64,000 nucleotides of DNA from Candidatus Microgenomates bacterium (GTDB taxonomy: Bacteria; Patescibacteriota; Microgenomatia; Levybacterales; UBA12049), in NCBI GenBank assembly GCA_025451195.1, contig JANWKV010000017.1, positions 2,471 through 66,470 of the forward strand, written 5' to 3'. A model generated the notes under the pieces. That model did no database searches and was not told the DNA's origin. It saw nothing but the letters and a program-made list of their open reading frames with translations. Shown here one piece after another: positions 9,469 through 18,433 of this stretch (positions are counted from its first letter, which is position 1; every line of letters begins with the position of its first letter). The position numbers and the translations under genes are program-made.

Positions 9469-10078
9469 ACAATTAGATACGAGAAAACAGTACAGGATAA
9501 ATGAACGCATTTGGGCGACTCAGTTACGTGTTTTGGACAATGAGGGTAAACAAGTCGGAGTACTTACAAGACAAGAGGCTTTACAAAAAGCAAAAGAAGA
9601 GGGCTTAGACTTAGTAGAAATTGCCCCGCTTGCCAAACCGCCTGTAGCCAAGATAATTAATTTTAACAAATTTTTGTATCAGGAAGCCAAGAAAAAGCAG
9701 GGAGAAAAGAAAAAGGCAAAAGTTTCTGACACCAAAGAAGTACGTCTTGGACCTTTTATGAGCGACAATGACTTACAGGTGAAGGTAGACAGAACCAAAG
9801 GATTTCTGGAGGATGGAGATAAGGTAAGACTAATTGTAAGATTTAAAGGCAGGCAGATTATCCATCCGGAATTTGGACATAAAATATTGAACAAAGTTTT
9901 TCTTGTTTTGTCTGACATATCTAAAGTAGATAAAACGCCAAAACTTGAAGGAAAACAACTTATTGCCATTATTTCACCGGAGAAGAAAGGCAAAAAAGCA
10001 GTAACAGAAGATAAAGACACAAATGCAGAAGAAAAAAATATACAAGTTACGGGTAAAACAGAAAACAATACTGAATAA
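9449..10078 (+). CDS. infC: Translation initiation factor IF-3, with a Lys/Glu-rich C-terminal tail
   Basis: …GLDLVEIAPLAKPPVAKIINFNKF… is typical IF-3. The ORF has no in-frame AUG; it begins at a TTG (9449) or ATA (9452) overlapping the thrS stop. Confidence 0.85.
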   Translation: MIKRFHRQLDTRKQYRINERIWATQLRVLDNEGKQVGVLTRQEALQKAKEEGLDLVEIAPLAKPPVAKIINFNKFLYQEAKKKQGEKKKAKVSDTKEVRLGPFMSDNDLQVKVDRTKGFLEDGDKVRLIVRFKGRQIIHPEFGHKILNKVFLVLSDISKVDKTPKLEGKQLIAIISPEKKGKKAVTEDKDTNAEEKNIQVTGKTENNTE

Positions 10079-10087
10079 AGTAAATAT

Positions 10088-10282
10088 ATGAAAAAGAAAA
10101 TAAAAAGATCGGTATCCAGAAGATTTAAAATTACAAAAACAGGTAAGGTAATGTTTAGCCACCAATACGGACAACATCACTTTGCTGTAAAATCCGGAAG
10201 CAGAAAAAGAAGGCTTAAAGAACCGGCTGTTTTAGCTAGAGGATTTGCAAAAAAGATAAAGAAGATGATGGGATATTTATAA
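10088..10282 (+). CDS. rpmI: 50S ribosomal protein L35
   Basis: 64-aa basic protein, MKKKIKRSVSRRFKITKTGKV…. Confidence 0.85.
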   Translation: MKKKIKRSVSRRFKITKTGKVMFSHQYGQHHFAVKSGSRKRRLKEPAVLARGFAKKIKKMMGYL

Positions 10283-10431
10283 AAATATGGCAAAACGGGG
10301 CCGAAACATAAATTTCCGGGAAACAAAATCAGAAAGATCGGCAACAAAGTCATATACAAATTTTAGAAAAAACGAAAAAAACTTTAAAAACGAAAATAAA
10401 AGTAAATTAGATATTAACAAAACAAAATAAT

Positions 10432-10782
10432 ATGAGAGTAACAAGAGGAAAAGTATCACATAGAAAACATAAAAAGCTCTTGGGCCTTGCAAAAGGTTAT
10501 AGGGGTAGCCGCAGTAGACTAGCGCGCACAGCCAAAGCAGCTGTTTTACATTCCGGCCAATACGCCTTTCAGGGTAGAAAAAATAAAAAAAGAGACTTTA
10601 GAGCTCTTTGGATTGTTCGAATTTCCGAAGCAGTTAAAAAAGAGGGAATTAACTACAGTACATTCATAAAAAATCTCAAAGCCTCAAAAATTATGTTGGA
10701 TAGAAAATCTCTTGCCGATTTGGTCTTAAACGATCCAAAAACATTCTCCGAAGTTGTCTCCAAAGTCTCCAAAAAATCCTAA
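10432..10782 (+). CDS. rplT: 50S ribosomal protein L20
   Basis: MRVTRGKVSHRKHKKLLGLAKGYRGSRSRL… is canonical L20. Confidence 0.9.
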   Translation: MRVTRGKVSHRKHKKLLGLAKGYRGSRSRLARTAKAAVLHSGQYAFQGRKNKKRDFRALWIVRISEAVKKEGINYSTFIKNLKASKIMLDRKSLADLVLNDPKTFSEVVSKVSKKS

Positions 10783-10809
10783 GTTTTACCAATTTAAAAC
10801 ACCCTATAG

Positions 10810-12498
10810 TTGATAAATCCACCCAGTTTTAATATAATACGACAAATGAAAAAGGAGGAACCTGTAGGTAGAACTAGGACACCTGGAACCGAGACAGAAA
10901 CGCAAAAACAAAGAGGTTTAGTAAAAACAGCCTCTGTTTTATCTTCAACTGGAGCATTATTAGATATACCAAGTAGAACGGTTGACTTTATTGCGGATGT
11001 TATTAGATATGGCGTAGATAAAAAGGAAGATTTTAGTCCTTACATTTCAAAAAGACGGGGCTGGAAAAGATTTGCTGCAAACATTCACGAAAACATTGCA
11101 GATCTGGATGATTACTTAAGTGGAGACGTAACTTATAAAGATATTGCAGCTAAAAGAAAGGTTGACGAAACTGCAATAGAACAGCGTATTCAAAAGACAC
11201 TTTATTTTTTGCGTGATGTTCTCTTAGCAACTCTTCCAGAAAGTATTCGATCTCAAAAAAGTATTGATTATGCGGTCTTACACGTAAGACATTTTCAAGA
11301 AACCCAGAGAAGAAGGCGCGAAGAAGCTGGAATAACCCCAACAACAAGAGTAAGACACTTTGACCAAACCGAAAGACTTCTTCAAATTGCACAAAGATCA
11401 AGTGAACTTGCAAGCCAGGGCTTGTCAAATACGCAAATTGCAAAAGCACTCCAACAAGATTTTCCCGGACTTAATGAGAACGCAATTAGATATGCTGAAA
11501 AACAATGGGCAGCAAGACAACAAGCGATAGCAGAAATGCCATTTGCCGATAAAGAACGCTTTGCAAACGGTTTAACGCTTATCAGACAACAAATAGAACA
11601 AGGATTATTCTTCCATCCGGATTTTACAGTTTATTCATTTATACGCGATGCGATACATTTCAACCTGGATAAAATTTTACTGAGCACACCCGTACAAATA
11701 AAAGCATTACGAAATATTCCGCGCATGATGGCAAATTTTGAAGGAGCAATAGGCCAGCACATGAGTACACCCGAGCTGGCAAAAGCTCAAGGGGTAACCG
11801 CCCAAAATATTTTGGAAGATGTTAAAAACCTAACCGAATTTTTACTTCGCTCAATGCCCCAAGAATTACAACAATGGTATAGAGGACAGGGATTAAGACT
11901 ACCAGGCCAACATGGGGACAGAACATTAATTCCAACTGCTGAGCAAAGGATTTTATGGAATAGACGCTATGAAGATCATGTTACAAGTTTTGAAGCCTCG
12001 CAAGAATTTTCTTCTCCTGAAGAATCAAGACAAACCGAACAGGATATACAGAGAATTGCTCTTCAGAAAATATTCCTTGCAGTATCTAAATCTGTCCCGG
12101 GAATTGCCATTTTCACTTATCAAATACCAACATTTGGTGTTAATCAAGAAATTCAAAATCCCCGCATAGGGTTTGTTTCGCGCGAGGATATTGCAATGGA
12201 AGATACACAAAACCTTTCCCACGAAGCACAAGTAGCTCTTGCCAAAGTTATGGGTGTAATTAGAAGTTCTCCTTCAACTCCTTCGTCAAGAGATAATGAC
12301 ACAATAGAAATTAATGAAAACCCTGGCGAAAATAACCAATTTACAAATCAACGGATGAAACGCGTTATTATAGCTATCGAAACTTCACGATGTAATTTTA
12401 CAAAAGACGAAAACGGTAATCTTATTGTCACAAACAAGAATGGTAACAAACTAACATCCTCGGAAGAAATAAGAAAAGTTATAGAATTGATTAGATAA
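10810..12498 (+). CDS. Hypothetical 562-aa protein with three sigma-70 region-4-like HTH modules, inserted between rplT and pheS
   Basis: HTH-like segments: YKDIAAKRKVDETAIEQRIQKTLYFL, GLSNTQIAKALQQDF…IRYAEKQ, MSTPELAKAQGVTAQNILEDVKNL. The protein is Q/R/A-rich and its GC content is visibly higher than its neighbours. Confidence 0.5.
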   Translation: MINPPSFNIIRQMKKEEPVGRTRTPGTETETQKQRGLVKTASVLSSTGALLDIPSRTVDFIADVIRYGVDKKEDFSPYISKRRGWKRFAANIHENIADLDDYLSGDVTYKDIAAKRKVDETAIEQRIQKTLYFLRDVLLATLPESIRSQKSIDYAVLHVRHFQETQRRRREEAGITPTTRVRHFDQTERLLQIAQRSSELASQGLSNTQIAKALQQDFPGLNENAIRYAEKQWAARQQAIAEMPFADKERFANGLTLIRQQIEQGLFFHPDFTVYSFIRDAIHFNLDKILLSTPVQIKALRNIPRMMANFEGAIGQHMSTPELAKAQGVTAQNILEDVKNLTEFLLRSMPQELQQWYRGQGLRLPGQHGDRTLIPTAEQRILWNRRYEDHVTSFEASQEFSSPEESRQTEQDIQRIALQKIFLAVSKSVPGIAIFTYQIPTFGVNQEIQNPRIGFVSREDIAMEDTQNLSHEAQVALAKVMGVIRSSPSTPSSRDNDTIEINENPGENNQFTNQRMKRVIIAIETSRCNFTKDENGNLIVTNKNGNKLTSSEEIRKVIELIR

Positions 12499-12694
12499 AA
12501 TGGTTATAGAAATCATTCTCAAGATTTTCAAAAAATTCTAACTACGTTTTTCTAAACTTAGCCAAAAGTTGTAATTTCTACTATAAATTGTAAATTATAG
12601 TGTCTCATTATACTTACTTTTCTTTCCAATTCAAAAACTTTCTAATTGGGATTAGGAAAAGTTATGCTCTAATACTTAATCTTGCTTAATTGAC

Positions 12695-12724
12695 TTTCGC
12701 AAAATCGAGCATGAGTGGTATAAT
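12695..12724 (+). promoter_or_regulatory. Promoter-like element with an extended -10 (TGgTATAAT); the same ~30-nt motif recurs at 46958-46990
   Basis: TTTCGCAAAATCGAGCATGAGTGGTATAAT versus TTTTGCAAAATCAAGTATGAGTGGTATAAA. The -10 ends 6 nt before the pheS ATG. Confidence 0.4.
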
Positions 12725-12730
12725 TGCCCC

Positions 12731-13792
12731 ATGGAAGAAAATTTGTTGCAAATAAAAAATGACGCGCTTTCTCTAATCTTTGAAACAGAAGATCCAAAAA
12801 GTTTGGAGGAATTAAAATTACAATTTTTAGGTCGCAGTGGTCGGTTAACCCTGGCTTTTAAAGAAATTGCAGGATTGCCTCTGGAAAAACGAGCCGAAAT
12901 TGGAAAACTGGGAAATGAAATAAAAAAAGTAATTGAAGACGCAATTGCAGACCGGGCAATGGAGCTTAAAAAATCCGCACAAAAAAAACAGAAAAATAAT
13001 CTTGATATTACAAATCCTGGCATAAAACCTCCTCTTGGTCATTTACATTTAGTAACTCAAGCAATTGAAGAAATTACAAGTATCTTTGAGAAAATTGGTA
13101 TAACAAGGGTCAGGTACCCGGAAGTGGAATGGGATTATTATGCATTTACAGCTCTCAATTTCCCGGCTAATCACCCGGCCCGAGATGACTGGGAAACGTT
13201 TTTTACAACAGACAACACAGATAGTAAAAAAGGTCAAATTGTTTTAACGCCGCATACCAGTAACGGCCAGGTAAGAGAAATGGAAAAAGCTGTTGAAGAA
13301 AGTAAAAAAACAAAAATGCCAATAAATATAAGAATGCTAAATATTGCCAAATGTTACCGCAGACAGTCCGACGTTTCCCATACCCAAATGTTTCATCAGT
13401 TTGAAGGGCTAGTTGTTGGAAAAAATATTTCCATATCACATTTAAAAGGAGTTTTGGAATATTTTGTTAAATCATATTTTGGCGAAAAAAGAGAATTTAG
13501 AATAAGACCTTATCATTTTCAGTTTACAGAGCCTTCTTTTGAAATAGATGTTACGTGTGGAGTGTGTCTTGGCAAAGGATGCAAACTTTGCAAAGCAGGT
13601 TGGCTGGAAATGGGAGGCGCTGGAATGGTACATCCAAACGTATTAAATTATGGAAAAATTGATCCAACAATTTATACGGGCTTTGCTTTTGGTTGGGGAG
13701 TAGAAAGGGTTTTGATGATGAAAGAAGGAATAGAAATTGATGATCTTCGCCTTTTGTATAGCAATAAATTAGAGTTTTTAGAACAGTTTTAG
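12731..13792 (+). CDS. pheS: Phenylalanyl-tRNA synthetase alpha subunit
   Basis: FTALNFPANHPARDDWETFF and class II motifs. Carries a CGVCLGKGCKLC 4-Cys insert. Confidence 0.9.
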   Translation: MEENLLQIKNDALSLIFETEDPKSLEELKLQFLGRSGRLTLAFKEIAGLPLEKRAEIGKLGNEIKKVIEDAIADRAMELKKSAQKKQKNNLDITNPGIKPPLGHLHLVTQAIEEITSIFEKIGITRVRYPEVEWDYYAFTALNFPANHPARDDWETFFTTDNTDSKKGQIVLTPHTSNGQVREMEKAVEESKKTKMPINIRMLNIAKCYRRQSDVSHTQMFHQFEGLVVGKNISISHLKGVLEYFVKSYFGEKREFRIRPYHFQFTEPSFEIDVTCGVCLGKGCKLCKAGWLEMGGAGMVHPNVLNYGKIDPTIYTGFAFGWGVERVLMMKEGIEIDDLRLLYSNKLEFLEQF

Positions 13793-13793
13793 T

Positions 13794-15779
13794 ATGGATA
13801 TTAAGATATTGGATTCTCATCTCAGAGAACACTTACAAACAAATGCTAAACCGACAGATATAGCGCGGGTTCTTTCACTCACGAGCGCATCTATAGAACG
13901 GGTTGAAAAATTCGGCGCGAGTACGGATTTTGTTTATTCTGTTGAAATAACAACCAACAGGCCGGATATGGTATCTGTGCGGGGCATAGCGCGTGAAGCA
14001 GCAACTGTATTGCCGCAATTTGGTTTTAGCGCAAAACTTTTACCTCTGGACCTAAAAGTTCCAAAACTAGAAACGAAAGATAAACTTACAATTGATATTA
14101 AAAACGATCCAAAACTTGTCTACAGAATTTGCGCGGTTATTATGGAAGTGGAAATGAAGGATTCTCCAAAATACATTAAAGAAAGGCTGGAAGCAGCCGG
14201 CATTAGAAGCTTAAATAATATTATAGATGTTACAAATTACATAATGCTGGAAATGGGACACCCATCACATGTATTTGATTATGACAGGCTACATACTAAA
14301 AGATTAATTATCCGGGAATCTAAAAAAGGTGAAAAAGTGGTTACTCTTGATAAAAAAGAACATACGCTTCTTGGTGGCGATATTATTGCGGACAACGGTA
14401 AAGGTGAAATTATTGATTTACTTGGAGTAATGGGAACATTAAATAGTGTTGTGACAAATAATACAAAACGTATTTTATTTTTTCTGGACAATAACGATCC
14501 GTGGAAAATCAGGAAAACCTCAATGGGACTTGCAATCCGCACAGAAGCAGCCGCTTTAAACGAAAAAGGGGTGGATGCTGAGTTAGCATATAATGCACTT
14601 TTAAGAGGAGTCGAAATTTATAAAAAAGACGCAAACGCAAAAGTTGCATCAGATATAATTGATATCTATCCCAAAAAAAATAAACCTACAACAATTAAGA
14701 CGACAGGTAAAAAAATCTCCCAATCAATTGGCGTTGAAGTTCCCGTAAAAAAATCCGTAGAAATTCTAAAATCTTTGGGTTTTGATGTAAAAGGAGCAGG
14801 GGATGTACTTTACGCTACACCTCCAACATGGCGGGAAAAAGATGTAACAATTGAAGAAGACTTGGTTGAAGAAGTTGCGAGGGTTTACGGGTATCATAAT
14901 ATTCCGAGCAAGCTTCCTACCTTTGACCGTGCAACCTATTATCACTTAGATAAAAGCCAGTTTTACTGGGAGCAAAAAATAAAGAATGCACTAAGGGATT
15001 GGGGCTTTACCGAAGTTTACACTTATTCTTTGGTTGCTAAAAATCTGCTAACAAATCCTTTGGAAAAAGTGGTAACACTACGAAATCCGCTAGATGAGGA
15101 GCATGTTTATTTAAGAACAGGTCTTTCGACAAGTCTTGCCGCTGTACTTCAGGAAAATAAGATAATGGAAAATGTATGTATTTTTGAGTTGGCAAACGTT
15201 TATAAAAAACAGGTAAAGGTATTACCAAAAGAAATTCTTACTCTTGGGATTCTAATAAAGGGAAAAATGCAAAATGGAGAAACTGTAAATTTTTACCATG
15301 CAAAAGGAATTGTTGAAGAAGTAGCAGTAATCCTTGGTGTTAAGAATTTGAAATTTTATGAACACTTAGAAAATAAAACAGGAGCATACGTTAACATAGG
15401 AGATGAAGAGCTTGGGGAAATAACAATTTTTGATAACATAGACGGTAAAGGCGTAATAGTTGAACTGAATTTTGATCTACTAAGAACGCACGCCAATGCA
15501 AAAAAAACATACACACCACTTCCAAAATATCCGCCTGTTGTCGAAGATATTACGATAGTTGTCGAACCGAACATTAAAACGGGCGATATTATTGATACTA
15601 TAAAAAAACAAAGTTCTCTAGTTAACGAAGTTATACTTTCCGGAACATACCAAAATTCACGTACGTTTCATATTTTATATCTTGATAAAAATAAAAACCT
15701 TACAACAGAAGATGTAGCAAAAATCAGAGAGAAAATAACAAAGATACTTTCAGAAAAATTCTCCGCAGTAGTAAAATAA
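13794..15779 (+). CDS. pheT: Phenylalanyl-tRNA synthetase beta subunit (short form, 661 aa)
   Basis: B3/4, B5 and class-II-like domains plus a C-terminal FDX-ACB-like domain. Starts 2 nt after the pheS stop. Confidence 0.85.
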   Translation: MDIKILDSHLREHLQTNAKPTDIARVLSLTSASIERVEKFGASTDFVYSVEITTNRPDMVSVRGIAREAATVLPQFGFSAKLLPLDLKVPKLETKDKLTIDIKNDPKLVYRICAVIMEVEMKDSPKYIKERLEAAGIRSLNNIIDVTNYIMLEMGHPSHVFDYDRLHTKRLIIRESKKGEKVVTLDKKEHTLLGGDIIADNGKGEIIDLLGVMGTLNSVVTNNTKRILFFLDNNDPWKIRKTSMGLAIRTEAAALNEKGVDAELAYNALLRGVEIYKKDANAKVASDIIDIYPKKNKPTTIKTTGKKISQSIGVEVPVKKSVEILKSLGFDVKGAGDVLYATPPTWREKDVTIEEDLVEEVARVYGYHNIPSKLPTFDRATYYHLDKSQFYWEQKIKNALRDWGFTEVYTYSLVAKNLLTNPLEKVVTLRNPLDEEHVYLRTGLSTSLAAVLQENKIMENVCIFELANVYKKQVKVLPKEILTLGILIKGKMQNGETVNFYHAKGIVEEVAVILGVKNLKFYEHLENKTGAYVNIGDEELGEITIFDNIDGKGVIVELNFDLLRTHANAKKTYTPLPKYPPVVEDITIVVEPNIKTGDIIDTIKKQSSLVNEVILSGTYQNSRTFHILYLDKNKNLTTEDVAKIREKITKILSEKFSAVVK

Positions 15780-15853
15780 AGAATACATTTCGCAGCTTTA
15801 TAGCCAACTGCCTGTCACAATTTAAAGATGACGTTCGCTCCATGTTCACTAAA

Positions 15854-15868
15854 GGAAATTTGATTTCC
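15854..15868. terminator. Weak palindromic hairpin (GGAAAT-TTG-ATTTCC) in the convergent pheT/PBP intergenic region
   Basis: A perfect 6-bp inverted repeat lies between convergent genes. Confidence 0.25.
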
Positions 15869-15994
15869 TATCTTAAAAGACTTTATGCTAATATCGCAAT
15901 CAAATTTCGATTCATTTTAAATTGAACAACCAGTTGTATTTTATTTATTTGAAGCTTTGAAATTCTATTATTGATTTGCTTATTTGGATTACTC

Positions 15995-18226
15995 TTACGG
16001 TGTAGGAGTAGGTGTTTGCGTGCCGGACGGATTTAAAAGGTCTGCAGGAGGATACCATTGGTAATCTGCTGCGGAATGAGTACGTTTTATCCAATCATCT
16101 ATTCCTTGTTGCCATCTATTCTGTCCATCTGTAGAAACAGGATCGTCTTCTTTTACAACGTAATATGTTTTTCCGTCCTTCTCTTGATAAAAAGGGGATA
16201 CAGAAGTTGGTTCCGTACCTTTAATAAAATATTCTGACCTTGTTGGCATATCTTTATAAGGTAGACCTCCAAACAAACTGTCTATTGTAACTGCTATAAC
16301 ATCATCCGGTTTTTGAGGAGGCTCATCTTTTTTCCCTTTTAATACATAAGACATTATTTTATTCCAAATTGGCGAAGCACCTGTCTCACCGCTTGATATT
16401 GCCTGATTCATAACAGAATTGTCATTGTTGCCAACCCAAACACCTACAACATATGACGGTGTGTAACCAATTGCCCAGTTATCTCTTTTTTCATCTGTTG
16501 TTCCTGTTTTAACGCTGACTGTTTTACCCGGCACAACAAGCCAGGAATTTGGCCCAAAATCCATGGTGCGGGCGTTATTATCCAGAAGAATGTGGGATAT
16601 TAAAAATGAAACTTCGGGCGACAAAACTCTTGGGCCTGGTTGTGGATGCGCTTGATACAAAACATTACCGTGACTGTCGGTAACTTTTAGTATAAAAATC
16701 GGGTCTTGCCTAATTCCTTCGTTTGCAAAAACACCGTATGCTGTTACTTCGTCTAAAAGCGTTGTTTCCCGCCCTCCCAGCACAAGAGATAAACCAACAT
16801 CCTGAACATTTTCAGGTGTTGGGTCCCAATTTTGAATTCCCATTTGGTACCCTTGCTGCATAACATCCCGAATTCCAACTCGTGCAAGCATTTTTACGGC
16901 AGGAATATTTAGAGAATTTCCAAGCGCAAAACGTAACTGCTGAGGTCCATGGTCTTTTCCGTCATAATTTACCGGAGTATAAATTGGATTTTTGGGATCA
17001 CCCGATGGAAAATCTGTCTTTACATCCATAACTACACTGCCGGGAGTATAACCCTTTTGGAAAGCAACTGCATACATAATAGGTTTAAGCGAAGATCCGG
17101 GCTGTCTGTTGGCAACAGCGGCATTAAAATTTCCATCGTTTGCCGTGTCAAAATAATCTTTAGACCCAACCATGCTAAGTATTTCTCCGGTTTTTGCGTC
17201 GGATACAATCGATGCTCCATTTCCAACATGGTAATCCTTTAATTTGTCTATTTCCGTATTTACAATATTTTCGGCCTGTTTTTGAATAGAATAATCAAGT
17301 GTTGTTGTAACCTGTAATCCTCCATTTTCCACTTGTTGGTCTGTAAAGTGAAGTTGATTAATTAGAAGTTGTTTTACATACATAACAAAATGTGGAGCTT
17401 TAATAGACGTATTATTGTCGGAAAATACCATCGCTTTTATCTCACTTAATGCACTATCAGATTGTTTTTGTGTTATATATCCATCTGCTACCATTTGAGC
17501 CAATACATCTTGAGACCTGCCAATATAATACTTATTTCCGCTTAGAGGATTATATATACTTGGGCCTTGCGGCAACCCCGCAAGAAGAGCACATTGGGCT
17601 AAATCCAAATCGTTTACATGCTTTCCAAAATAAGTTTCCGATGCCGCTTCAACTCCAACATTTGCACCGCCATACGGAACATCATTAAGATACATTTCTA
17701 AGATTTGGTCTTTACTGTATCTTTTGTCTACCTGAATGGCCAAAATTAATTCTTTTATTTTTCTGGGAAGTGTACGCTCTGAAGATATAAGTGTATTGCG
17801 AACTAATTGCTGTGTAATTCCGGAGCCGCCGGTAACTCTACCTTCTAAAACAATATCTTTAATTACACGAAGGTAACTAAGCGGAGAAAATCCTTGGTTT
17901 GAGTAGAAATTTTTATCTTCTATTGCAATAGTTGCGCTTTGTAGATTTTTAGGAATATCGGAAAGATTTACATAAACTCTGTTTTGCGAGGCATAAACCG
18001 AATATAATAGTATACCTGTTCTATCAAAAATCCGTGTTGATTCCGCTTCTTGTGCTGTAACCAACTTACCAGGCGTTGGTAAATCCCTGCTGTACCAAAT
18101 AAAAGCCACTACCGTAAGTATAACCAAACCTATAAGGGCGTAGAATGCGTATGTTGTTAGTTTGCTAAAAAGAACAATTCTTGACCCTCTGAGGGCAATT
18201 CTTTGTCTCCTGCTCTTAAAACCCAT
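15995..18226 (-). CDS. Class A penicillin-binding protein (bifunctional glycosyltransferase/transpeptidase, PBP1A-like)
   Basis: N-terminal transmembrane segment; GT51 motifs (…GGSGITQQLVRN…); transpeptidase SxxK (GSSLKP), SLN and KTGT motifs; Pro/Thr-rich C-terminal tail. Confidence 0.85.
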   Translation of the reverse strand: MGFKSRRQRIALRGSRIVLFSKLTTYAFYALIGLVILTVVAFIWYSRDLPTPGKLVTAQEAESTRIFDRTGILLYSVYASQNRVYVNLSDIPKNLQSATIAIEDKNFYSNQGFSPLSYLRVIKDIVLEGRVTGGSGITQQLVRNTLISSERTLPRKIKELILAIQVDKRYSKDQILEMYLNDVPYGGANVGVEAASETYFGKHVNDLDLAQCALLAGLPQGPSIYNPLSGNKYYIGRSQDVLAQMVADGYITQKQSDSALSEIKAMVFSDNNTSIKAPHFVMYVKQLLINQLHFTDQQVENGGLQVTTTLDYSIQKQAENIVNTEIDKLKDYHVGNGASIVSDAKTGEILSMVGSKDYFDTANDGNFNAAVANRQPGSSLKPIMYAVAFQKGYTPGSVVMDVKTDFPSGDPKNPIYTPVNYDGKDHGPQQLRFALGNSLNIPAVKMLARVGIRDVMQQGYQMGIQNWDPTPENVQDVGLSLVLGGRETTLLDEVTAYGVFANEGIRQDPIFILKVTDSHGNVLYQAHPQPGPRVLSPEVSFLISHILLDNNARTMDFGPNSWLVVPGKTVSVKTGTTDEKRDNWAIGYTPSYVVGVWVGNNDNSVMNQAISSGETGASPIWNKIMSYVLKGKKDEPPQKPDDVIAVTIDSLFGGLPYKDMPTRSEYFIKGTEPTSVSPFYQEKDGKTYYVVKEDDPVSTDGQNRWQQGIDDWIKRTHSAADYQWYPPADLLNPSGTQTPTPTP

Positions 18227-18266
18227 ACAAATATTATAACTATCTAAAGCCGTTAAGGCAATAAAT

Positions 18267-18295
18267 TTGACATTAAAAAGGAAACCTGAGATAAT
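18267..18295 (+). promoter_or_regulatory. Sigma-70-type promoter: TTGACA, 17 nt, GATAAT
   Basis: Consensus -35, 17-nt spacer and a near-consensus -10, about 140 nt upstream of the DAHP synthase ATG. Confidence 0.5.
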
Positions 18296-18349
18296 ATTTT
18301 TTGTGAGAAAGTTACAACAGAAAAATAGTTTTTGGTTTTATTTTACTTC

Positions 18350-18420
18350 CCTCCGGGAGGAGGCTTAAGGCTGTAAAATAAAGCCATAAAGCACTTACCT
18401 CCCAAGCGGGAGGTTTTTTT
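18350..18420 (+). promoter_or_regulatory. Leader attenuator: upstream hairpin CCUCC-GGGA-GGAGG, then intrinsic terminator CCUCCC-AAGC-GGGAGG-U7 ending 13 nt before the first aro gene
   Basis: Two hairpins built from the same CCUCC/GGAGG words allow alternative pairing. A 6-bp GC stem plus seven U sits between a promoter and the operon it must read through. Confidence 0.55.
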
Positions 18421-18433
18421 ATGTTTAAAATAT

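Noticed and set aside
18302-18420. T-box riboswitch as the aro/tyrS leader
   Set aside because: The leader is only ~115 nt, there is no stem I/specifier architecture, and no AGGGUGGNACCGCG T-box sequence.
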